A stretch of DNA of 64,000 nucleotides, taken from assembly GCF_026210795.1 (NCBI RefSeq), contig NC_089429.1:1-64000 (forward strand), given 5' to 3'. The notes below the pieces were generated by a model, which had not been told where the DNA came from, did no database searches, and saw only the letters and a program-made list of their open reading frames with translations. How positions within the stretch are numbered: position 1 is the first letter of the stretch; each line of letters starts with the position of its first letter. Positions 20,381 to 34,922 of the stretch are shown here, piece after piece. The stretch is from Rhizophagus irregularis. Taxonomy: Eukaryota. The position numbers and the translations under genes were made by a program.

Positions 20381-21412
20381 AAAAACTAAATATAGTGCAT
20401 GTGATATTTAACCTCATTCCTTTTTTACATCAGCTCATGATTTAAACTTATTATAAATAGCAAAGCGTGATACTGTTAAGAATTTGGTCGATTTATTATT
20501 ATACGATTGAGGTTGTGAACGGGATCTCAGCCATCTTTTATGAATCAATTAAATTCAAATCTTTTGACGCCACCAGTTCATTTGATTAGATTTTATAAAA
20601 AATTTGTTTATTATTATTTATTGTATATTTTATGCTGTACATATCCGGATGTAAACTAAAAATATTTGTTTTAATATTTTAAAATAATAACGGATTAATT
20701 AATTAACAATAATAAAAAATTTAATCAAATTATTTAATTTAATGATCAAGGCTTTTAATAATCAAGGCTTTTTAATGATCAAGGCTTTTTAACGGTCAAA
20801 GCTTTTAATAAACACGGCTTAATTTTAATTAAACATCCTTATTAGATTACAGATTTCTTCTTTTCGATGATACATATGGTACCTTCAGATATTGTTTTTC
20901 GAATGTTAAAGCTAAGAAATCCAGATCTCAGCCCATCATCTATCTATCTATCTAATTAAAAAAATTTTATCATATTTAGATTACCCGGTATAAATAATTT
21001 GAATTGTGTAACATTGAAAAGTGTGATATTCTTGCGTTCAAACTATTTCGTAATTATCATATCATAATTAACTAACTACGATAGCCAATCTTTAAACTAA
21101 TACATTTATAGTTAATTAAAATTTTAACTGGATTTTAATACTAACAAAAAAAAAGTATAATTTCTCTTATGCGGTCATTTCCACTCTTTTAGTTACCACG
21201 AACCATTTCTATAATAATAATTTTTACTAAAAAACCGAAACTACCTTTTTAGTCTTTTTTTTATTAATTTTTTATCCCTCTTTTTATCATTATTGTTTCT
21301 TTTGGTTAACTTAACCAAAATTTTTTTATTCTTATTGGATTTTTTTTTAGGGGTTTTTTTTTAATCGGAATTTATCAAAATTTTGGATTTTTTTTTTAAC
21401 CCAAAAAATATA

Positions 21413-21612
21413 CCCTGTAAAAAATCTGATCCGTGTTTTATCTTTCCATATTTTTTTCCGTGAATGCATCATTTTAATGGAATTTATAGCCTTAAATTAT
21501 GGAAATTTTCATCTCGCTAACACGGATATCCGTGAATGTATCATTTTCACAGAATTTTTATGGAAGACACGGAGAAATAATGGAAATATTCGGATAAAAA
21601 TTTTTTATAGGG
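21413..21612. mobile_element. 200-bp MITE with CCCT(G/A)TAAAAAA termini and a 3-bp TSD (CMC/EnSpm-like)
   Basis: CCCTGTAAAAAA...TTTTTTATAGGG, with ATA flanking both ends. Confidence 0.7.
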
Positions 21613-22104
21613 ATAGTTTATTCTTTTTTTTGGTTTGGGTTAAGACTATAGAACTATGTCCTACGGCTTTTTGTGAGATTTTTTTTAGTCAATGATATTG
21701 TTCTGACTAATAAATTCGTGTGAAAATTTTTTTTTTAGTGAAAATTTTTGATTTAGTGAGAACTTTTTCTGTTTATTGAGATTTTTTTTTCGATTTAATG
21801 AGAATTTTTTTTATGAGATTGATTTTTTCAATATTATTTCCGACTAATAAATTTGTGAAAAATTTTTTTGATATTAACGAATTTTTTTGTGAGATTGTTT
21901 ATAATTATATAGATATTTTATATTAAATCAATAATAAATTTTTTGATAAATCTATATAACTAAAAAAACTATATAACTAAAAAAATTTGTCTGACGTTTG
22001 GACTAGTTTTATTTGATTATATATAGATTGAAATTCGAAGAAAATAGTACCAACAAAACTTTTTTATTAAAAGACCAAAATACATATATATTTTATTAAT
22101 TAGT

Positions 22105-25100
22105 ATGCCTTTGTGTACGTGTACTCACTGTAAAGCTTTAACAAATGGTATTGGAAAAGAAATTCATAGAACAACAGTAATTCGTCATATGAAAAAAGAA
22201 CAAGAGGAGCAAGAACTAGAAAATGCATACCAAAGTCTTCATTCTGAAGAAAATTATTTTGAAGAAAATGAAGAAAATGAAGAAGAAAACTCATATGAAG
22301 AACGCTCATCTCCTATGGAAATATTGGAAATATCTGACAATGAAGAAATTCTTATAGAGGAAGAAAATCTTACTACCTTACATAATGATGAGGCTTCTAT
22401 GGAAATTCTCTCCAGTTTTCAAGATGAGGATGAGGAAATTGATGATTACTATCATAAAAGCGATGACCTAAACCATTATGATTCTCAAAGTGAATTAGAG
22501 TTTGATACCTCTGATGATAAAGAAGGTGAATTTCGAAATAATTATAATAATATTTTAAATTAGTAATTTACCAACTTTTTTTAGATAATACGACTTTTTC
22601 TAATGAATTGTTCGAAGGATTAAGGCTTTTATATGTGAAATCGAATTTTAATTTTTCTGAAGCAGCATTTAATAATATATATAAAGCCTTCAATAGAAAT
22701 AAAATAAGTTTTAATAAAGTAAAAAGAAAGCTTGGTTCAATAGTAGGAATTGAACCAAAAATATATAATATGTGCGTTAATTCATGTTGTGCATTCGTAG
22801 GAGTTTTAGAAAATGAAACAAAATGTAAATTTTGTAAGGAGGATCGATATTATAGTAATGGTAAAGCGAGAAAAAATCTACCTTTTATTTCTATAATTGA
22901 GCGTTTAAAGCTTCAATTTAAAAACCCTGAAAGATCTAAAGAACTATTATATAGGCACAATTATACTTGTAATAAAGGAGAATTTGCTCATAATAACATA
23001 GGTGACATCTTTGATGGACAGATTTATCAAGAATTATTAAATGACGAATATTTTCCTGATCCTAGAGACATCGCATTTACTGCTTCTTGCGACGGCTACC
23101 AAATATTTCGTCAAAAGACCGATGATTGTTGGGTGTTCCTGTTTCTAAATAATAATTTACCTCAAGAATTAAGAGTAAAGAAAGAAAATTTAATGGTAAC
23201 TTTAATAATCCCGGGGCCAAAACAACCTCAAGATTTTAATTCATTTCTCTATCCATTAATTCAAGAAATGAAATCCTTACAAGGTATATTTTAAATAAAT
23301 GGTACGTAATAAATGTAATATTTATTAATAATATTTTTAATATTTACAGATGGAATCTCTTGTTACGATGGTAACAAAGAGGAACAGTTTACTCTACGTG
23401 CTCACATTCTGGCTTGGACTGGCGATATCCCTGCTTTTTCAAAGGTTCTATGTTTAACAGGACATAATTCATACTCAGGTTGCAGATTTTGTAATCTTCG
23501 AGGGACTTTAAATGAAACGAATAGACATGTGTATTATCCATTGCAACAAAATATTGATCCTAAACGATTACCAATTCGAACACATGATGAAATACTGAAT
23601 AGCACAAATCAAATAGAACGTCTGGAGGGAGATCGTAGAGAAACTTATATACGTGACTGCGGTTGGTCCAATATTTTAAAATAAAAATAATTTCTTAGTA
23701 ATTAATATTAATATATTTTCTCAATTTTAAAAATTTTTTGTTTAATAAAAAAAATTAGGAATTAAAGGAAAGAGTATTTTATTTGAGTTATCTTCTATAA
23801 ATTTTCCACGTTCATTTCCAGTAGATATAATGCACCTTTTTTTCGAAAATGTTGCACCCCATATGTTTCGACATTGGATAGGAAAATTCTATCCAAAAAA
23901 TAATGAATGGAACTCAAATGAATATACAATAAGTTCTAAAACATGGGTTGAAATTGGTGAAATCATGGAACGAAGTAGATCTCATATGCCACCTGATATT
24001 GGATGTCCTCCACGCAATATCGTTAAACATTCAGCTGGGTTTAAAGCTGTAGAGTGGGCTAATTGGATCATTTTATTCTCTTTACCATTACTAAAAGGGC
24101 GATTGTCGCAAAGGTAATAAAAAAAATCAAATTGTTGGCAGATAAAATAATAAAAAGTCTGCTGATAACATTATTTAACTTAAAATAATAGTAACCTCTT
24201 AGGATGGTCAAGATTTGTTGAAGCTGTCAAGTTATGCATTCAACCTCTAATAGAATTTGAAGAGCTAGATTTAATTCGAAATTTATTAATAGAATTTTAC
24301 AATCATTATGCAAAGTAATTTTCTTATGAAATTTATATATGCCTTTTTCTTTAAACGATATTTTAATTGATCGCGTGAATTTTTTTGTGCAATAGTTCAT
24401 ATGGCGTTGGAGGAGAAAGATTACCGGCATTTTTAATTTCTTTTCATTATTTATTACATGTAATAGATTCGATTGAAGACTTTGGCCCTTGTCGTGGATT
24501 TTGGCAGTTTCCGATGGAGAGGTTTTGTGGAATGTTAATTCCACTTGTTAGCTCTCGAAAACTACCATATGTGAATTTGTTTAATAATGTGTTGATGCAA
24601 GAAAGATTTAAGTATCTGCAACTTTTACCAATATATAATGAAAAAGTTTTTTCCAATTTTAAAGAAAAAGAAAAAAAAACATGGCCGGTGCATAGAGTAT
24701 ATTCTAATGAATTATATGTTCACGAATACGAATTTTATTCACCATTTGTTAATTGTGTATTAACAAAAAATGAAGTCATAAAGTTAAAGCAATGTTATGC
24801 AGCTATATTTCAAAAGAATACTAGCGAAATTACGGTGATTTTATATTATAACTCACATAATAATATGTATAAGAATATTCTTTTTTAAAAAAAATAATAT
24901 ATAATTTTTTTTTATATAGGACATTAAAGAAAACTATGCTAAGTATGGAAAACTTCGTACAAAGGATGGTAACATTATATCATCTAAGTGGTGGAAAAAA
25001 GAAAATGATAGTAGTCGAAATGATTTTTGCATCGCTGTAAGAAATAAATATATTAATTATTATTATTGTTTCATTATATATTCAAAATTCAAAATATTAA

Positions 25101-25429
25101 TAAGATAATTTTATTATATAGATTAATTTAACTGTTGACTTACAAGAAAGAAATTACCGTGCTCCTCTAAATTTGAGAGAAGAAGAAATTTTTGGACAAA
25201 TTGAATATTTTATGGTTCATGAATTTCAAAATCAAGAGCGAATGTTTGCATATATTCGAAAAATCAAAAAATTAGAGAAAAATAGTAGTGTGAATTTAAA
25301 ATTTTTTGATAGTTTTGGTCCTTTACAATATGTGGAAGTAATTGGTATTGATAGAAATGTCAGATTTTTTGAAGTACTCCTTGAAAAAAAAAATATTATT
25401 ATATAATAGATAAATATGAAAATTGGTAA
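22105..25429 (+). CDS. CACTA/EnSpm (Tnp2 / Transposase_21-like) transposase, 8 exons, nearly intact
   Basis: Motifs include YNMCVNSC..CKFCKEDRY, SCDGYQIF, NNNLPQELR, IIPGPKQPQDFNSFLYPLIQE, GDIPA, GHNSYSGCRFC, DIMHLFFENV and FHYLLH..FGP..FWQFPMERFCG. GT-AG introns lie at about 22526-22584, 23284-23349, 23662-23758, 24114-24191, 24315-24395, 24835-24919 and 25037-25121. There is a probable 1-nt slip in the A run at 25384-25393. Confidence 0.88.
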
Positions 25430-25514
25430 TAAAAACCTTTACCTTGAAAATTCATATTATTAATTCTCTAATAAATAAGAAATATTTGCTTAAATTTTTT
25501 TTCTTTGAATTTAC

Positions 25515-26635
25515 ATAAATAAGAAATTCTCGCGAATTTTTCTTAGTGATCGCGATTAGTAAATTCACGAATTTTTCTTAGTGATCGCGATTTAAATTTA
25601 CTAATCGGTCTTTAAACTTTAAAATAAGAAGTATCAAGAAAAATTCGCAAGAATTTTTCTTAAAAAATCGTGATTTCAATTTATTTAAACTTTAAAAATA
25701 AGCAGTATCAAGAAAAATTCGCAAGAATTTTTCTTAAAAAATCATGATTTCAATTTATTTAAACTTTAAAAATAAGCAGTATCAAGAAAAATTTGCAAGA
25801 ATTTTTCTTAAAAAATCGTGATTTCAATTTATTTAAACTTTAAAATAAGCGGTATCAAGAAAAATTCGCAAGAATTTTTCTTAAAATCGTAATTTTAGTT
25901 TACTAATCAGTCTTTAAACTTTAAAAATAAGCGTATCAAGAAAAATTCGCAAGAATTTTTCTTGAAATCGTGATTTCAATTTATTTAAACTTTAAAATAA
26001 GCGGTATCAAGAAAAATTCGCAAGAATTTTTCTTAAAATCGTGATTTTAGTTTACTAATCGGTCTTTAAACTTTAAAAATAAGCAGTATCAAGAAAAATT
26101 TGCAAGAATTTTTCTTGAAATCATGATTTTTAGTTTACCGTATATGGAATTTATTTTTATTTTTATTTTTTTACCGTATACGGAATTTAATACGGAATTT
26201 ATTTATTTTTTTTTTTAATACGGAATTTATAAAAACGTATATCAAATATATATAAAACGTATCATTTCCATATACAGATTTCTTATAGTTTGAACTTAAA
26301 ATAAAAATTCAACGATATTAAGGAAAATACTCGCGAATTTTTCTTAAATTAAGCAGTAGATCGGTTGAACCTTAAAAAATAAGCGGTATTAAGGAAAATT
26401 CTCGCGAATTTTTCTTAAATTAAGCAGTAGATGTAGATCGGACTTTGAACATTAAAATTAAGCAGTATTTTGCGCTTTAAAGATTAAATACTATTAAGAA
26501 AATTTCGCGTGAATTTTTATTGATGATCGTAATTTAAATTGGACGTTAAAAATAAGCAGTAATAAGAAAATTTTACTGATCAGGGTTTGTACTTTAAAAA
26601 AAATTTATTAAGGAAATTGTCCCGAATTTTTATTA
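25515..26635. repeat. Palindromic repeat array downstream of the CACTA transposase
   Basis: About nine regular ~58-bp units (TTTAAACTTTAAAAATAAGC(A/G)GTATCAAGAAAAATTCGCAAGAATTTTTCTT) at 25610-26125, plus degenerate units to 26635. Confidence 0.9.
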
Positions 26636-27148
26636 ATGAATGCGATGTGGTATATGACGAAAGATCATATTCATGCCTTCCGAGCGTGTTTTTTCTTTAA
26701 AATATTTTTCGGTGACGTATTGTATCTGTTTAAATATTATGGAATTGAATTTTTTACCATTTTTATATTGGCGTCCATGTAACAAGAAGGGTTTAAGTTG
26801 ATTCGAAAAATCTTCCTGATTTAAAATACTATGCGATAGTCTATTCTATCGTTTCACTTGATTTGGCGTTCGTTTGATATCAAATCGCAATTTGGAATAT
26901 TCTTTATAATATACCCGTTTTGGTGTATCACTGAGTGATCGTAAGCAATATTAGCAGGATTTTCCATAACCTTCATTTTTTCTGTATGGTATTTTCGTAG
27001 TGTGACTTTATAACTGACATCTAACCTACTGGAGTGTATTCTTTTAAGTTGGGCATGGGGTCTACCGTATGTAGGGTTGACAACGCCGTATCTAGTATAA
27101 AGTTGTAAAGTTAATAAAAACAATAAAAACAAATACAATATCCAGTAC

Positions 27149-27493
27149 AACTATAGAAAATATGTTATAAACGTATGAATTTAATATAGTATACACAGTC
27201 TTTAGAATAATACATTATATACGTATGGATTAAATATACCGTATCCTTCATTTATAATATTTTTTGTGAACAGTATACAAAATACTGATATACAGTAGAA
27301 ATAGTATACGTTTCAAACGTATGAATTTAGATATCATATCACACAGTATGTTTACCGTATACTTTATTGTATTTTTTGCTAAACACATTTTGCGAACAGT
27401 ATACATTATACTGTTATACAGTATATAAAAATACGAACCGTATCAAAGATACATGTATACAGTGTAAAAACTGTATGCATATTTTTTATAGGG
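27149..27493. mobile_element. Degenerate MITE-like element ending in TTTTTTATAGGG
   Basis: The right end matches the terminus of the 21413 MITE, and the left end CTATAGAAAATATG is an imperfect inverse. Internal CAGTAT repeats are present; no TSD was confirmed. Confidence 0.45.
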
Positions 27494-30400
27494 CTGGGAC
27501 ACATTTTCTAATGAAGTAAATTCACGTCTCGAGTTGTATTTGGCCACACACCATCCCTCCGTATCTTCACTTTTAGCTCTTTTTTTAGACAAACTTTGGC
27601 ATGCTCTTAAACGCTCTATTCTTGGAGGTGCCATTGATTCTCTTCCATTTCAACATGTATCCAATACTCATCACCATAAATATTCTCCGGAACTTACAAT
27701 GCTTATTGCTATCAACAAATTCTTGGATAGATTATTGTTTAAATTGACCACATCTCGGACTAGTCGTCCTGCTCAAATCTCACAAATGATTAATTCTCTA
27801 CCTACACAATTGATTCTATTGAAATCCCTTTTAACGGATTATACTATACCTATTTATAGTACATCACCACTTCCTGCTTTTGTAAAATTTTTGCGTTCAC
27901 AAAAAGCTTTGGTCTCTGCTTATCTTTCCACGCAATTTCATCAACATCGTGTGGATTCCATTGAATATTATACTGCTCTTAGAGACGAACATTTCTCTAT
28001 ATCGCCAGGCTCCTTTATTTCTTCAGCCCTGTCAGTGGAACATCGCTCTATCGTTCTTGATAGAGTCTTGGTTGTAATTGACTCCAAACCCACATTACTT
28101 ACCGAGCCTTCTGATATCAAACAAGCTGCCATCAAACATTTCCAATCGGTTGTTACTCCTCCTTTGATCCAATATTCCTTTATTGACGAATTTCCTCCGC
28201 GTTGGCAAAGAGCATATACTCCTATTTCTGATATCGACTCATCTCTATATAACTCGGTTATGTCTCCTATTCTGGATGAAGAATGGATGATTATTCTTCA
28301 GTCTATGCCCAATAACAAAGCCTCTGGCCCCTCTAAAATTTCTTATGAAATGCTCAAACATTTAACTGGAGAAGCTTTCAATTTGTCTTTTGTTTTAGCC
28401 AATGCCTGCCTTATTCATGGTGATATTCCTGCAGATTGGCGTGAAGCGCTTGTTTATCCCATTCCGAAGCCTCATGAATTTGATGCTCAATTAAAGAATA
28501 CACGACCTATCACTTTATTAGAAACTGTTCGGAAATGTGTGGTCAAGGTCATTACAACTCGTCTTTCAAAAATCCTAGCTGATAACCAAATACTTCAGGG
28601 TGGTAATTTTGCTGGATTACCAGGTGGATCCACTGACATTCCTTCAAAATGCTTGACGCGATTATTCATCAACGCCGCTTTGATAAAACTGATGACCAAG
28701 AGTTATGGATTATTTCCCAAGACATTTCTAAGGCCTTTGACTCGATTGATTTAAATATGCTCAAGTTGGCTTTAATCCGTTTACATATCCTGCCTTTGTT
28801 GATAAAATTTATTATCAATCTTTTCACAAGACGCAATAACAAAATTATTACTCATTATGGTAATACTTCCGGTTATAGAGTTAGAATCGATATTGATCAG
28901 GGTGAAATTATTTCCCCGTTATTATGGGTGATTTATTTGGATCCTTTACTTACAACGCTTAATCGAGAAGCTTGTGATCCTTTTATTTTGAAATCCTCTG
29001 CTATATTGGATTATTCCCCGATTGAATATAAACAACATAACCTTCCTATTTCACATATCACATTTATGGATGACTCTACTTTGATTGCTTCATCTAAACA
29101 AGGAATTGAAGATCGCCTTTCCATTACAGCCAAATTTTATACTTTAAATAATACTCAAGCTAATTCAGCTAAATATATCCTTCTTTCTTCTGAACAATTT
29201 TCTCAAACTGTAGTGTTTGATCTTTTCCCATCTCCTTTAATCCCGACTTGTACCCTTACTTTAAAAGCTTTAGCTTTATCCAAGTCTTTTCATTTTTTAG
29301 GTGTCTGGTTTTGCCTCTCAGCTTCCTCTCGCTTTGTTCATGATCAAAGTACTTCCATGGTCAAAGACATGGCTGCTCTACTCAGTCCTAAAAAACTTTT
29401 GGCACAACATGTGGCATATCTTTATAACGTTGTCTTACTTCCAAGGCTAGAATTTCGCCTACAAACCACATTATTTGCTGAATCTACCATTAATCGCATG
29501 GTTTCTCCAATGCTTTCTCTTATTCGACAAAAGGCTGGTTTGGCCTCAGTCACTCCTCTTTCCGCGCTTTTCACATTGTTGCTGTTCTCTATTCAACAAG
29601 CATTTGGTCGATTTCTATCTTCTCATGTGGCTTCATGGCAAAAAATTTTTTCTCACCCTTTGCATAAAACCTTTGCCAATTATATGATTACTTATCTCCA
29701 AAGCTTCCTAGATTGTGATGCCTGTCCTTCTACTATTGACTTGGAACCATGGTCCCATACATTTTCCTTGCGAACACATTCTTTGTTTAATTCTTTATTA
29801 TTCTTTTCTCGATTTAATATCACGTGGTCTTTATTGTTCCGACCTCTGAGAAAAGATCTACGTCTGGCAATTCCACTCTGGTCGATTTTACCGAAAGACT
29901 TATTCACTTCCATGAAAAATGTTCAGAAAAATTTTTGTACTCGTTTCCTTGCCCAATTGGTTACTCCGTGTGGCTCTCGGCTTCTTCCATGGAAAGATTT
30001 ACGCTTTCTTAAACGAGTTTCAAACAAAGGATCTGTGCCTGCTTGGTTTACTTATTTATTTAATTTAGTTGTTATTTCTAATTCTTCTTCCTTTTTTCTT
30101 TTACCGCAATTTAGAATACCTAATTTCTATACTGTCACTTCTATCTGTTCTATAGATATTAGTCAAAATTATTTGTTTAATCCACAATGGGCTATTTCTT
30201 TTAATCGTGATACTAACTCTTTCCTTGTTGGCCGTGTGATCATTACCTATCCTGCTCCGCAAAATGAAGCTCTTATTTCACATTAAATTGCGTCATCTGT
30301 CGATGACTTATTATCAGAATTCATTGCATGCCAAGGTTGTGCCTCTGCTATTCCGCGATCCTCTACTTCTAAAACATTGCTTAAACGATGTCCCTCTGAA

Positions 30401-32290
30401 AAATGCTTCTCTTATGTGCCTTTATCAAGTCTTATCCATTACCCTACGAAGCCTCGTACTTATATACATGCGGATACTCATTCGGTCTCACTTTCCGCTT
30501 CGTTAGGCTATGCCAAATCTCTTTTACTATTTCATCTTTTTGCTCTAGTTCAGCTACCTCCTATGCTTAACCAAGTGTCTAGGATTTCTGATATCCAACT
30601 TCCTTCTTCGGTGTCTACACTGTATATTGATGGATCTTTCTTTCCTCCTTCTAGTCATCTGACACCTTCGATGGCTTATGCATGGACTGCTATCGATTCT
30701 GATAGTTTCATTTTTGAATCTCATTATAATACCATTCCTTCCCTCTTTCCCTCTGCATTGCGTTCCGAAATTTTTGCTTTATTGCATGGATTGGACTCCC
30801 TCCTTAAGTATTCCAAGATTACTGTCGCTACTGATTGTGCTCAATTAATTTCCTTATGGTCTACGTATGTGGATGCTCTGTTCATTTCTAAAATGCTTAA
30901 AGAATTCAACCACCTTCTATGGTCTTCGGCACGAGCTATTATCTCACAAAAGAATCTGGAAGTTACTTTAATCAAGGTTCCTGCTCACGCTGACGATTCT
31001 TTGAATAACCATGTTGATGACTTAGCGAAAGCTGCTCATACAGACTCACGTCTTTCTTCTATTTCGCCTGCATTTTTGGCTCCTTGCATTTTACAATTTA
31101 ATTCTTTACCTGTGGACATGAATATCCGGAAATTCATTGGAGATATTTTTGACGCCAAGAGTCTTTTGACTCTTGCTTTATTACCAAGATTCAACCTTAA
31201 TTCCTCTATTCCAGATATTGATTGGGCTTGTACCAAATTTTGATTTAATAATAAACAATTACAATCCTCCCATCGAAATGGCCGGTCTGAATTTTGTGCT
31301 TTCTGTATCAAGATTTTATTGGATATGCTTCCGACACTCACAACTCTTCGAAGATGAAAGCCTCATATTTATGATCCAAGTTGGCTCTATCCTCAGTGCA
31401 ACTCCTCTGCTGAGACTTTAGACCACTTATGGACTTGTCCTTATATTTTACCTGAATTTAGTCCTTTTAATACTTTTAAAACACTTCTGCTGGACCTTAG
31501 AACCGTTTGTCTTGGAAAATTTCTCTCCGTGACTCCTTTGAAATCTTTACCGGACTCCTTTGCTGTGGTATTTATGGCTATGGATTGTTGGGAATGTGAC
31601 CCTCCTTTAAATTCTTGTCTGCGACTTGCACGTGGACTTATACCGATGTCTCTTACTAGTTTTCTTGAAACATATTTTTCATCATCCACTATTTGTTCTA
31701 TTTTTGATACACCTTTACATGATTTTCATTTTGATCTTTACGTACAAATCTGGCTGTGCCGTTCTGTTTTCTTTCATTATTGGGAATCAGCTCAAGGCAT
31801 TACCAATAAAATGAAATCGTCCGCTATTGGACCTTCTTCTACTTCTCATCCTTTCTCGCAAATTTCTCCTGTAATTTCGACACCTTCCTTGGCGACAGCT
31901 TCCTTGGATTCCTGGGTTTCTTGGGTTTCCTCTTACATAATCCATGGGGGATCTTGGATTTCGCATTTGGATTTTTGGCGCCGCTTAATAGTTCAGCCTC
32001 TACTTAGGATTTCTTTTTGGTAACGGATTGGATCTTCGGATATGCTGGATAGTTGACTCACACTGGCCTTCGGGTAAAGTTGGGGTATGCGTTTCTGTAA
32101 TAGTTTAGTTTTTCTTTACTTAATTTATTTTGTTTAGATTTCTTTACTTGTATGAATCGTGAAGCTAGTTTTTTTTATTTTTTATGTTTAATTTTCTATA
32201 TTTTATTTGTAATATTGTTCGATTTGAGTTTTGTACTTTTCGTTTAAAAATTTATAATAAAAGATAAAGTCATAAGACTGTTTGCTCATA
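27494..32290 (+). mobile_element. 5'-truncated non-LTR retrotransposon (LINE) with RT, RNase H and C-terminal CCHC region; decayed
   Basis: RT motifs NKASGPSKI, RPITLLE, QDISKAFDSI, QGEIISPLLW and FMDD. RNase H motifs LYIDGS, RSEIFA, ATDC, KVPAH and NNHVDDLAK. The end has QCNSSAETLDHLWTC. There is a frameshift near 28645 and stops at 30284, 31241 and about 31355, then a T-rich 3' UTR with AATAAA. The 3' boundary is approximate. Confidence 0.92.
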
Positions 32291-34922
32291 ATCACCAGAT
32301 ATGGACTGTCCCAAATGTGTGACTATAAAAAGAGTTGACTGTATTTGAGCTGTGTAAAATTTAGCATTTTTATTAATAAAATTTTGCCTTTCAACCCTTC
32401 GTCTACTAAAACCTAAGGTCCAGTACTTGTTTTAACTTCAACTTGTATATTGTAGTGAGAATATTTTTCAGAAGTTAATGAATCGAATAAATTTGAAAAT
32501 AAATCATTCTCATCTACTTCTTTGGCTAAAGGTCCAGTTAAAATTTTAACGTCTTCATTAACTTGAACAACTATAAAAATCATTTTTATATTCTTTTTAA
32601 GCAATGTCGTGTCATGTAAAACAAAGCTGCAAGTACATACCTTGATAAACGTGACTTGAATTTTTATATCAATATAAAAATTAAAGTTTGAGTATTATTA
32701 CAATTTAGAAGTAATGTGAAAATTGAAATCATATGTTATATTACCGCATTTTTATTGGTCAGTTATTTTATCACATGATTTTATTTTTTTCTGATTTTTC
32801 CAAAAAATTGGGGAGGAAGGTGATGTAAAACAGATAATTAAATTGGTTCAGCCTTATTGCCAATAAATCAAAGTATAATTTTTATTTTTATACTTTAGTT
32901 TTAAATGATAAATTTTTCTTTTCTTCATTTGGATTTATATTGTCTTATTGATCTAATAATATGTGGTTATCCTGGTTGTTCCTTAAGAAATATTGAATGT
33001 AATTTAGTAAAATCAAATTTAATGTAGGAGTTTTATTGAGGCAATTAATAAAAGTATCAAAAATTTTACATCTACGTCCATCTATTGAAATTTAAGCGAA
33101 TGCTATCATTATGTAAACAAGAATATATTTCGAAGTGAGTAGGATTTTTTAAATGTATTATTAGCGTTAACGTTAGTAAAATTTTTTTTCTGATGACTTT
33201 TATAAATTTGCGTTACTTTTTTTTGAAATTAATGCATCACAACATTTTATCCTTTTTTCTTGCAATTATTTTTGGGACATATATCTTTTTGAAATTTAAG
33301 TTGCCAGTCCTTGTTGCATAACTTGCATTTATTTTTAAATTTAATTTCTTCAGATGCTAAATATTTGTGACCAATTTGCATAGTTTTTCCTCAATTTGAA
33401 AATTGCTTAATATTTGATTATTTATAAAAGATTATTAATAATACAATGATACAAATAATGCAATAAACTTAATTTGTAACATTTCGTAAATTACAATATT
33501 ATGTATTATTTAAAATGTATTTATAAAATCATGTTTTATATTATATTATTAAATTATTTTTAATAATACATTATGCAAGCGCTGATCACATTTCGGAAAT
33601 TTACTCGCCCGGCAATTTTTTTATCTGCAAAAATGAGCGCTATAGCATTTATAATGACATTCTAAAACCTACTGAAGAGTGTAGTGAAAATATTTAAGAA
33701 TCTAATGCTATGCTCTGCGAAAGTTCCAAGATGAATTGATTTTGAAAAGATCAAGCTTGCAATTAATTTCTATGATTCTTTGATTATTGATCGAAAATCT
33801 ATTAACCAATCTAATATGTGATCAAAAATTAAGTACTTTAATCAATTTATTGAACAATTAACCTTAGTCACCTTATTTTTCTTTTTTAAAAATGTCAAAT
33901 AGTAAACCTTTTAAGGGCGCATATTAAAACTTTACTAAGCACCAGGCATGTTGTAATTTAGTAATAAACTAATAATAGGACCCCGAACAATATATATAAA
34001 GGTAGGTTTTGAGTTTGCTTAACCAACATATAAAAATTTTTCCTATGTGAGATTTATTATTGCTTATTTGATAACATAATTTTTAAATAGTCAGATATAA
34101 TTATGCGTAGCAGAGTATTAAATTATTAATAGTCAGATATATATTTGCGTAGCAGAATAGATTTTTTTAATATATATATATAATAATATAATATATATTT
34201 ACATTTTTCACATTAAAAAAATTTAATAAAATATGTAAACAAAGTTATAAACATGTTTGTGTAAAAAAAATTTACTATTTTTAATACAAAAAATAAGTTA
34301 ATTGTATACATAATACAGGAATCATTTTTAGACGTGATTGTGTAATGTGTTTTTGATAAAACAAATACGCATCTGTGTAACATTAAAATTATAAATCATA
34401 TATGTGTCTATAACTCTATGTAACAGTAAAAAAATATATATTGAAAATGAGAGCAAGAAAAATAAGTGTTTTTCTGTTTTTTTATAATTTTACACTATAA
34501 TTTTTGTAATAATCAATAAGTTATTTCATTTTTACTTAGAAAATTTTTTAAAAATATTTTTTTTGACAAATTTTACAGTAAATTTTAAAAATAAAAATTC
34601 CGCGTATTGGTAGTATTACAAAAAACATGAATAAATCCATAAATATCTATTCAATCATGATAAATATTTATATATAAGTAGATTCGAACCTGCTTAACAA
34701 CTTTACTTAAGAAGATTTTAGATGTTTCCTTTGACTAAAGTACCTAAATTACGCTCTGAAGTTACAGAACAGATATACGAAATATTAATAAGAAACATTT
34801 ATAAGTTGTAATATTACAAAAAAATAATAATAGCTTTATCCATACATTATTTCAAAAATTTTTGTTTTTTTAGTTTTTTTTATATACATATTTTATAAAA
34901 AAAATTATATATAAATATATAT

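Noticed and set aside
25515..26125. Regularly spaced palindromic repeats resembling a CRISPR array (also at 3.6-4.2 and 20.0-20.4 kb)
   Set aside because: The intervening sequences are near-identical rather than unique spacers, there are no cas genes, and the context is eukaryotic.
27480..32350. TSD and endonuclease domain for the LINE
   Set aside because: No flanking duplication was found, and the sequence begins downstream of where an APE domain would lie.
32413..32604. 63-aa minus-strand ORF with protein-like composition
   Set aside because: It is short, has a non-ATG start in the track, and has no motif or supported exon structure.
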